Source: Kudoa neothunni
Taxonomy: Eukaryota > Animalia > Cnidaria
Assembly: GCA_964304625.1 (NCBI GenBank)
Contig: OZ199840.1
Span: forward strand, 1,442,733 to 1,506,732
Length of the DNA stretch: 64,000 nucleotides
Reading direction: 5' to 3'
Within the stretch, counting starts at the first letter, position 1. Each line of letters opens with the position of its first letter. Both the position numbers and the translations under genes were made by a program. The notes beneath the pieces are model-generated. The model was given only the letters and a program-made list of their open reading frames with translations, did no database searches and had not been told where the DNA came from. Below, in pieces: positions 53,717-64,000 of the stretch.

Positions 53717-55810
53717 TCCTCGTACACATGAGCAAAAAACTTACGTTAACCCGCAGTGGGGGTCAAAAATGACCCCCACTAAAAAATAAACACATGAAAA
53801 CGTTTTTAAAATTAAAAAATTCTAATTGTTATTGTTTGAGTTTAAACATTCAATGCAAATTATTTCTTCTTTGTTATGAAGTTTTCACGCCATTTTATTG
53901 CATAATTTGCACTGACGTTTTCAATCTTCTCGAACGAATACAGATTTGGCACCACTTTCTAGCATTATTCTGTAAGATTTTTGGCCTTTTCAAAGATAGA
54001 ATGCCAGTTTCGGGACTTTTAGACGGTGAAAGCTCGTCTGCGAGTAATTTTAGAAATTCTCTCCTTACTCGCTTTCTATATTTATTCAAGAATGCGGGAT
54101 GCTTTTGGCAATACAACAGGTAGGCATTATATGCAGCAATGTCTAACAAATTATAGAAAAGAGCCATTGGCCACCTTCGTGTTTTTTTACCGAAAAATAT
54201 CTTACTACTTGATCAAGAGTATCAACTCCATCTTTTGTAGAATTATAGTAAGATATAATTTCAGGTTTTTGACTTTCTTCATCAATATTCGCATCTCTGT
54301 GGAGTGTTGACAACAAGACAACTGATCTGTTTTTCTTAGGGTTGTATTTGACGAGTGTGACCTTATCTTGAAACAAGAACTGACTATTATCTTCATTTCC
54401 TTTCGATATTTGAAACTCTGGTATCAAATTTTTTTTATTTCTTCGAACAGTTCCTACAATTGTCAATTTTTGGCCAAGTGGAAATCTTGCGAGGGAAAGA
54501 GTGGTGAAAAAATTATCTGTTGTGATATTTCGACCAGATTTATAAATCGGTTCTCATAAAGTTTTCACAACATTTTCCCCTTGATTAAACTGTACTTCGC
54601 CATTTTTTTCCAAGATATACCTTTTCATTGAATAGGTAAGCATTCTTTGAGTCGCACAAAGCCCATATTTTAATATCATACCGTCCGGGTTTATTTGGAA
54701 TGTACATTTTTAAACCACATCTCCCTCTAATTGTCACCAGTTGCTCATCAACCGTCATTTGTTCATTTGGTGTATAATTTTTTCGACAATTTCCAATAAA
54801 GTGCTCAAAAACTTCTCTTATTGGAGCCAATTTGTCATCTTGTATTCTGGATTCTCTTTTATCAAACCGCATACACGAAGATATTTTTTCAAATAAATTA
54901 ATGGATATTGACTGATTTATTGTAGGTTGACCATACTTTGATGAACAGAATTCACGAATATCCATATTTTTACCCTTCATTAAACCAATCATTATACATC
55001 CTCCAATATATTTCATTAGATCATCCTTGATAGTCATAGTTAATTTTGATCGATGGTTTTTTATATAATGATTGGTGCAATCAACAATAAAATCAAGGAT
55101 CTCGTTGTCAAAAAAGTTCAAAAATGCCATGAGTGGGGTATCCGATCGTTTTAGAACATGTGTTTTGAAACATGGTTGGCATTTAAAAATATTTTCCGCG
55201 TCAGTTCTTCGTTGGTATCTTGTTGGATGTTTAGGTCACTTTTCTCCATCTTTCGAAGTCAACGTGGCAATCAATTCATTGTTAAATTCTGCCCCAATAT
55301 CTGAATAATTATAATCAGGTGTAGGATTGTCGATTAAATAGTCGCTAAACTCAGAATCAGTGTCATCCAATAGAATTTCATGTTCATCTCTTTCCATCTC
55401 TAAAACTGACTAAAGTTCAGCTGATTTTGAATCTATATGATCACGTTACGCATTAAAAACTCATAGATTTATCTCTCCATCAAAATTATTTTACTTATTC
55501 TTAAAATTAAATGAATATTTAATCATTGTATTTAGTATTATACATAGAATAAAGAGAGTAATTATCATTGATTTTCCAATAAGGAGTGGGGGTCAAAAAT
55601 GACCCCCAATGTGGGGAACGGAAGTTTTAATGTTTCGATGATTTAATAGTGTTTAAAACTAATTTTATTTTTATTTCAATAAATATTTTAAATTTATAGA
55701 ATAATAACATAAATTAAGAAAAATTATTTAAAATTCTGTAGGAGAGATTTTAAGAAAATCGCTGATAAAAGGGCTGGGCCCATTTTTGACCCCCAAAGTG
55801 TGTACGAGGG
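53717..55810 (-). mobile_element. Near-full-length piggyBac with a frameshifted transposase
   Basis: TTAA|TCCTCGTACACA ... TGTGTACGAGGG|TTAA. GGGGGTCAAAAATGACCCCC subterminal palindromes. Catalytic motifs VDEQL, TTDNFFT and GVDTLD are spread over several frames. Confidence 0.93.
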
Positions 55811-56599
55811 TTAAAATAAAATATACTCTTTTAAATTTCAAAGTATAAATTTACTAATCCAATTTTCAATTGTAATATGAAAAATTTATTAAATCTATTG
55901 GATTTAAATATATGCTGCCCTGCCTTTTAGTTTGACATGGTTATCCGGCCCGACAGCCCTATTAGGTTGCCGGCCCCTGATCTAAAGTAAAGAGTGTTGG
56001 GCGTCCTAGAGGTGCTGCGCTTACAGTTGTTGACTTTCCTATAAAAAGAAAACAGGATAAATAATAAAACAACTAACTATATAAATAAAACAATTAATAG
56101 ATGGAAATCAAAAATTTTCTTCATGTTATTAATGCCTAAATAAATTGCGGTATAATAAAGCTAATTTGTACCTTTATATAGCGAAAAGATAGATCATTTA
56201 ATATGTAGAAAATTAGGATCGCGAAATATAAAGATCTATCATTTTACGCGATATGTTAACAGTGCATTATTATTGTCTTTAGCGATATAGCGGTGCTTCT
56301 TCATTCATGCGCAAGTTCGGTGAATTTGCATTAGTAAATTTGGGTCTTTAATTGAAACAATTTATATTACTCTGAATTATGGAAAAGATAATCACGTTTA
56401 TAAATTATAAATCGCTAATTAAGGACTTAAAAATAATTTTTAACCTCTGAATTCATTGCCATAAAATGCAAAAATTTGTAATCTTGGATTTTTTTATAAT
56501 AATTTAACTTTTTTGCGAAAAAATTATTTATTATAAAAACGAAATTGAAATTTGTATAGACATGCTAGTTTTCGAATTATTTCCTCCCGTTGCAATAGC

Positions 56600-57010
56600 C
56601 ACTGCGTAAATACAATAAAACAGCCTAAATGACGTGTGATATATTAAAAATCTACATAACAATATAATAATATTTTGAGATAATAATTAAAAATATTGTT
56701 ATGTATTTGGATAAAATTCATGAGACACTTTGAAATTAAATTGATTAGTACACAAATAGTTTTCCTACCTAAAAACACCATTATTGTCTTGTTTACGATG
56801 GATCAAGGGATCATCTATTCGTTCAAAACTGCATATAAAAGACAACGAAAGGATCATCCAATGCTTTAGAAAACATAGGTAGATATATTGCTTCCTTAAG
56901 CATCTTGAATTTTCTGGATGCCATGCGTCCATCGAAAAAAACCCGTAAGTCTGTTGAGATTGAAACAATCAATTTTTTTAAAAAGAATCTTTATTTTTCT
57001 CTGTAAAGAA
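56600..57010 (+). mobile_element. pogo/Tigger DDE relic upstream of Kunitz copy 2 (duplicated with the gene)
   Basis: FLPKNTIIVLFTMDQGIIYSFK; alignable to 47900-48300. Confidence 0.65.
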
Positions 57011-57703
57011 TGAAAATTTATTAAAATAATAAAGCCATCAATTTCATTGGATTGATCTTAAATAAAGTGTAAAAAATGATTGAGGAGGAAGCCAATTTTT
57101 ATAGAACAAAGTGATTGTGATATTCAAAAATGTAATTTTTCACCAAACAATAAATAATCTTAAGAACCTAATGTTTAGATTATAATGGATGGCATATCCA
57201 CAAATTTATTAATTATTACTCATTAACAACGTAAAATTAAAGGAATTCTCAATCAGATATGATCCCTATTAAAATTCATCATGGCCTAATTCTAGGTTCC
57301 ACGCTGTATCACGAATGAATATGCTAACTCCTATTTTTAATCTATTTTTTGTATTTTGAACTTTTTTATTTCATTTTTTTTAAAATTTACGTATAGATTC
57401 TGAATTAGACTTTAGTTTGGTGTTTGTTTTAGGTACGTGGCTGATAGATTCATTGTCGACTGATGATGGATTTTCCTATTCTGATTATTCGAACATTACG
57501 TCAAATAAACCCTCTAATCATTAAATCAAAATATTTAGCTAGATAAAGAATTAAGTATAAACCAGTTTCAATATAATGACATTTTTTATTGAATTTATTT
57601 ATAACCTTATTCATGTATCGAATTATTTTCATTAATCATAAATAAACCGAGGATTGTTTTTCTTCGGCTCAATTTATATTATTTAATTGTATCCATAAAT
57701 TAT

Positions 57704-59174
57704 ATGAATTATTCATTTTGTAAAATATTTTTTCTCTTATCCATAAAATATTGCTTTTCAGGTTCGGTCACTTAATTATCTAATTTGTTTCGATTTTTTT
57801 TTCAGATCCGATATTACCATCCTATGAAAGGGATGAAGGGGATTGGCCTATAGGGGGGATAAGAAGCATGGAAAACGTTATTGATCGTTGGTTTATTGAC
57901 ATTAACGATGCCAAATGCAAACCTCTAGAATACCGTGGTATCAAAGGAAATTACAACAATTTCGCATCAAAAGGACTTTGTGAAATGCACGGTAAATTAT
58001 TTTACAAGACTACCTTATTACGATAACTTAAGGTAAATTAACCGAAAGAGAAAAACTTCAAGGATGCAAAAAACCAATGCATCCAGGTCATTGTGTAAAA
58101 AATAAAAATACAGAAGCATGGCATTACTTTGACCAAACGTCGGCCACATGCGTTGAGTTTAAATATAACGGATGTGGTGGAAGTTTTAACAGATACGAAA
58201 ATAAAACAGAATGTTTGTTATATTGTTTGAGTAGGTGATATATCTTTTTGAATTTATATAAAATAATATATCTTAGATAAAAGGAATGGGGGTCTTACTA
58301 ACGCTGATGAAAAAAAAATAGCTGCGGATAAAAGCAAAGATATATATAAAGTACCAAATTATTTGGATTGTACATTGAGGCCAGACGTCAAAGACAAAGA
58401 TCCTAACACAGGAATTATTGCTGATATTGGGAAAAAGAAATGTGCTTATGCTGCGGTCTCCATAGATTCAAACACAAGAGGAATCTTTGGCTCCTTTCAT
58501 GAATGTGTCAACAAATGTTTTCGTATATTTATTAATTATGATAAATAGTTCAACAATTTTTAGCGTATGACTTCAATTCAACTGATTCAAAAGCAAACCA
58601 ATACAACATGAAAGTCAAAGCATGTTTAAGTGACCCTTCTCAATATGCAATGAGCGGAGGAAAGGGAGATCCTGTCTACAGATATTATTATGATTCTAAA
58701 GCTAAATTATGCAAACTTATGGAAACAGGGCCGCGTGAAGATACTACAACTGAGTTTAATCCGAGAGAAAATAACTTCTCGACTATGGAAATGTGCCACA
58801 GTTATTGCGGCGCGGGTACTATTTCTGTTATCATTTTTACTGAATTTCATCCACTTAAAGCTTAATGACAATAATTAATTAATGGAATCAACTAATGTAG
58901 AATGAATTTAGAGCACTATAAAAAGCAAATAATAATCGAAGAAACGTGTACTAAAGATAAAGAGGGAGAATGGAAGTCAGGAGACTCAGGAAAATTTAAA
59001 GTCAAGAGATTCTATTACGATAAAACCGACCACAAATGCAAAGAATTTAATTACAAGGGGTATGATGGCAATTCAAACAACTTTAACACAGGAGACCAAT
59101 GTGAAGCAATTTGTTATGGTCATTATGATCAAGGTAAACATGTTACGATTAAATCCACAACCCCAAATGTATAA
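57704..59174 (+). CDS. Secreted five-domain Kunitz/BPTI protein, copy 2
   Basis: Same six-exon structure and signal exon as copy 1; no stop or frameshift seen in the exons read. Confidence 0.9.
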
Positions 59175-59830
59175 GATCCACATAATACAGAACATCTTAC
59201 ACAAGGAAACAAGCTATAACATATAACAATTTCGACGTATCAATATTTTATTACTTCATCAAATTTCTCAGTGTTTCATTAGATCTTTTGGTCTTACTTT
59301 TATATTATGAATAAGCAAAGTAATAAAGTTATTGATACATTTTGTATCAAAACAATTTTTTTTTAAATCTTGATTTTTTCCATCAAGTGTGATATACTAT
59401 TATAATAGTAAAGCTCTCGATAACACTGATTTACTCGCCAATAATGTGGAAATATGATTGTGGAGGAAAACCCAATTTTTATATAACTAAATTACTGTAA
59501 TATTCAAAAATGTAATTTTTCACTGAACAATAAGAATTACTTGGAATCTATGTTTATATTCTATTTGTGGATGACACATCCACAAATTAATTAAGTGTCA
59601 ATCATTAACAAAAATAAAATTAAAGGGATCCTAATCAAATTTTACATCTATTAATGTTCAACATGACCTAATTCTAGGTTTCACGCTGCACTACGAATGA
59701 ATATATATTCTAGCTCATATTTTAATCTATTTATGTATTTTAACCCTTGTAGTTTAAATTTATTTGATAGAAAATTATGTAGAGATTCTGAATCATACTT
59801 CAGATTGGTGTTTGTTTTTTGTACATAGTA

Positions 59831-62087
59831 CTGTGTTATCAAAACTTTTTTCAAAAAATATGCTGCGACCGACATTAATATCAAATATTTAATCTAATTC
59901 AATATTGACAATTTTAATTTTTTAATAATATTTATATCTTGAGTTATTTATAATGAAAATGTCATATTAATGAAACCGTATATTTTTGTAATAATAATTA
60001 TTTATTTATTAGTTTAAAAATTTTATTTTGCATTAATTTTACTTGGATTTATCGAGCATGAATATTGTTTTTTAAACTATTATTAAACCGTCAAGTTTAT
60101 CTTGTGACGATTTATCACTCTTGCTTTTTTATTATCTGAGCCGGTTCATTATAATAAAATTAATGTTTTAAATAAAATATTTCTTTTTTAATGTGATTTT
60201 TAGTTTATGGGCACAAACGATTCATCTACAAAATTAAAAACTACTAATATTTAATAATTTTTCGCTTTGATATTCAATGCAATCAACTCAATTTTTTATA
60301 TATAATTTCTTTATATCAATAAAATAATATAAACAATTATAGCATGTTTTATTGTAAATTAAATAAATTTAAATGCATACCAAATTCGTTCGAATATAAA
60401 CACGCCTCTGTCTAATATCAATACTTTTTAATACTCTAGGTATTTAAAACAAAATTTATTCAGACAATGAGTTTTGTTGTTTTTAATTTAAACAAATGAA
60501 TAATAAACAATTTAATATATTACTGTCCGTGATTTAAATAGAAAAATCTATATAAACAAATAAAAATTATTAATGTCACAATAGTATCTATTTGATGAAG
60601 ATATAGTTAATCACATTAACCAATAACACACTAGTTTAGTGTAACATAGTCTTATAGAGATCTATTTTAATATAACATTAACTATATTGCTTATTGATGT
60701 TTGCTATAATATAAAAAAATATTTAAACATCAAATATTTTTATTAATTTTTAACAATTTAATAAAAAAATTATACTTTTTAAAATATTCAGCCTAAATTT
60801 AAGAAAATGAATCATTTAATTCAGGAATAAAATCAAATATAATATCCACACCTGGATTATATATAGCGGAAGTTAGAAAGGTTTCGTTGTTAATAAAACA
60901 TTTAAATGAGGCAAACAATATTATTTTTCGAAATTATTTTGTATTCTAAATTTTTATTAATTTTGGAGATTCTAACAAAATATAAATTAATTATTTTCCA
61001 TATTTTACCATGCCAATTCAATTTAAATAATTAAATACGTTACGCAAAGTCAAATATATGTTTGAAAAATGGGGATAAAAATTTGTGTACAATTCCATGT
61101 TATTTCAATTATTCAATGACAACTTTTTTTAAATTAAGAATCATATATATTTTATTACTTTATTAGATTTTGGTGGCACAATAAAATTTATTCCCATATT
61201 AATTTTATGTTTTGTTAAATAAACTATTTATAAAATTTATATCTTCGATTATCAATAATATGACTAGCATATAAGGATAGTAAACAAATATATTTGGGAT
61301 ATGCAGATTATATTTTCATGAAATGACTACAAACATATTATTTTGTATAATACAAATATTTAATTTCATATGAATTTATAATGTTATTTAATAAAATTCT
61401 TCCTGTACGAGAATTCTGGACGAATAATGCTTTCAATGTCTAGATTTGAGTTATTAAATCGTCAAACAAACTAAAGTGTTTGAAAATACCTTCATGTTTT
61501 AATAGCTAGATCAAACATAAGGTGAACTTTTTAAAAATACTTGTATCATTTAAATATCATGTGAATAATCGTATTTAAGTATAAAATAACTAAAAATAAA
61601 AAAAATTATGGAGTAAACCAGCTATGTGCCATGGAATTAAACGAGCCCAAGTAATACATGAATAGTTACGTGTCTAAAATTTAATGGATAAATAATTTAA
61701 CTATTATCTTTATAAGATTTTCAAGTCAAAGAATTTTTCGCGAGCACCAAAAACAAACGAACGAAAGGGTGAATATTGCTTGATCGGAACACGTGTTGAT
61801 TATTTCAGGTCGCATGATGAGCTAAGTTTTTACTGTTTCCCATCTTGAAATGTTCTGTGCCATCCATAAAACAAAAAAATGTCGCCTAATTAAATATATT
61901 TTTTTATTAAATCAATATAAATCGAATTCAAAAGTTAAAATAACATTTTCAATCCTGAGGGTATCCTACACAGCATGGTTCCGCGTCTTCATGCGCCGTC
62001 AAAATTAGTCAGAAAAATTTTCACCACTCGTAAAAAATCTATCATAATCCATATGTGGATCGTATGACCTCAGTTTGAGAAACACCA
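59831..62087. mobile_element. Old hAT-like non-autonomous insertion in the upstream region of Kunitz copy 3
   Basis: Ends CTGTGTTATCAAAACT ... AGTTTGAGAAACACCA are a degenerate form of CAGTGTTTCTCAAACT. Flanked by ACATAGTA/ACGTAGCT. Removing it restores colinearity with the upstream regions of copies 1 and 2. Confidence 0.65.
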
Positions 62088-62356
62088 ACGTAGCTGATAG
62101 ATTCATTGTCGACTGATGATGGATTTTCCTATTCTGATTATTCGAACATTACGTCAAATAAACCCTCTAATTATTAAATCAAAATATTTAGCTAGATAAA
62201 GAATTAAGTATAAACCAGTTTCAATATAATGACATTTTTTATTGAATTTATTTATAACCTTATTCATGTATCGAATTATTTTCATTAATCATAAATAAAC
62301 CGAGGATTGTTTGTCTTCGGCTCAATTTATATTATTTAATTGTATCCATAAATTAT

Positions 62357-63834
62357 ATGAATTATTCATTTTGTAAAATATTTTTTCTCTTATCTATAAA
62401 ATATTGCTTTTCAGGTTCGGTCACTTAATTACCTAATTTGTTTCAATTTTTCCTTCAGATCCGATATTACCATCCTATGAAAGGGATGAAGGTGATTGGC
62501 CTATTGGAGTAAAAAAAAGCATGGAAAACGTTATTGATCGTTGGTTTATTGACATTAACGATGCCAAATGTAAGCCTCTCGAATATCGTGGTATCAAAGG
62601 AAATTACAACAATTTCGCATCAAAAGGACTTTGTGAAATGCATGGTAAATTATTTTGGAAGACTGCCTTATTACGATAATTTAAGGTAAATTAACCGAAA
62701 GGGAAAAACTTCAAGGATGCAAAAAACCAATGCATCCAGGACACTGTGTAAAAAATAGAAATATAGTAAAAAAACATTATTACTTTGACCAAACGTCTGC
62801 CAAATGCGTTGAGTTTGATTATAATGGATGTGGTGGAAGTTTTAACCGATATAAAAATGAAACAGAATGTCTGTTGTATTGCCTAAGTATAATTTGTTAC
62901 TTTTCAAATATATAAAATAATTTATTTTAGATAAAAAGAATGGTGGTCTTACTAACGCTGATGACGGCAAAATATCTATGGTTACAAACAAAGATATATA
63001 TAAAGTACCAAATTATTTGGATTGTACATTGAGGCCAGATGTCAAAGACAAAGATCCTAGCACATCAATTATTGCTGATATTGGGAAGCAGAAGTGTGCT
63101 TATGCTGCAGTCTCCATAGATTCAAACACAAGAGGAATTTTTAACTCCTTCCATGAATGTGTCAACAAATGTTTTCGTATTTATATTAATTATGATAAAT
63201 AGTTAAACAATTTTTAGCATATGACTACAATTCATCTGATTCAAAAGCAAACCAATATAACAAGAAAGTCCGTGCATGTAGCGATCCTCCCTTTCAGTAT
63301 GCTATACCTGACGATAAGGGAGATAAGAGTATTGTCTACAGATATTATTATGATTCCAATGCTAAATTATGCAAACGTATGGAAACATGGCCACATGAAA
63401 ATACTTCCACTGAGTTTGACACAACTAAAAATAACTTCCCAACGATGGAAATGTGTCACAGTTATTGCGGCGCGGGTACTATTTTTGTTATTATTTTTAT
63501 TAAATTACCTACAATTAAGGCTTAATAATAGCAATTAATCCATGTAATTAAATTATGTAAACTAAATTTAGAAAACTATAAAAAGCAAATTGTAATTGAA
63601 GAAACGTGTACCAAAGATAAAGAGGGAGAATGGGTGTCAGAAGACTCAGGAAAATTTAAAGTTGAGAGATTCTATTACAATTATAAGGAGCACAAATGCA
63701 TACCTTTTAATTACAAGGGGTATGATGGAAATTCAAATAACTTTAGAACATCACAGCAATGTCAAGCAATTTGTTATGGTCATTATGACGATGGTAAACA
63801 TATTACGATTGAACCTGCCACCCCCACTGTATAA
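62357..63834 (+). CDS. Secreted five-domain Kunitz/BPTI protein, copy 3
   Basis: Same six-exon structure as copies 1 and 2; in-frame indels in the loops of domains 2 and 4. Confidence 0.9.
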
Positions 63835-64000
63835 GATCCGTATAATACAGGACATCTAATACAAGAAATTTAGCTATAACATTGCGGTTTATAAATATTT
63901 TGTTACTTCATAAAGTTGTTCAAAATATTTCATTTAAACTTTTTGGTTTTATTTAAAAATTATAGAAAAGCAAAGTATGTAAATTATTGATGTATTATGT

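Larger units (their letters stand above)
47895..64000 (+). repeat. Three-unit tandem segmental duplication (about 47895-50630, 56600-59350, 59455-64000)
   Basis: Upstream regions, exons, introns and 3' UTRs are directly alignable; units are separated or interrupted by transposons. Confidence 0.92.

Noticed and set aside
1-64000. Prokaryotic systems (CRISPR, operons) or an alternative genetic code
   Set aside because: Genes are spliceosomal, stops in ORFs are explained by introns or indels, and TAA, TAG and TGA all serve as terminal codons.

Overview
AT-rich eukaryotic genomic DNA with short GT-AG introns (mostly about 40-70 nt). The genes are highly divergent but metazoan-type, which suggests a fast-evolving, probably parasitic animal (myxozoan-like; this is inference and cannot be confirmed from the window). 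The ORF track fragments every gene, so gene models were spliced by hand. Recognisable genes: SRP68, BCAS2/SPF27, a divergent forkhead-box factor, LRRC57, calreticulin and SPTLC1. Lineage-specific secreted or surface genes: a large helical protein running off the left edge, a type-I membrane protein built from Cys-containing FN3-like exons, and a tandem array of three secreted five-domain Kunitz genes. In the Kunitz genes most domains lack the Cys14-Cys38 disulfide, binding loops are hypervariable between copies, and non-coding DNA shows patchwork near-identity. Intergenic space holds many decayed DNA transposons (piggyBac, Merlin/IS1595-like, pogo/Tigger MITEs, hAT-like, mariner, MULE-like) and a tRNA-derived SINE nested in a Merlin element. 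Several otherwise intact genes carry single-base frameshifts, mostly in homopolymers, so assembly errors are likely.
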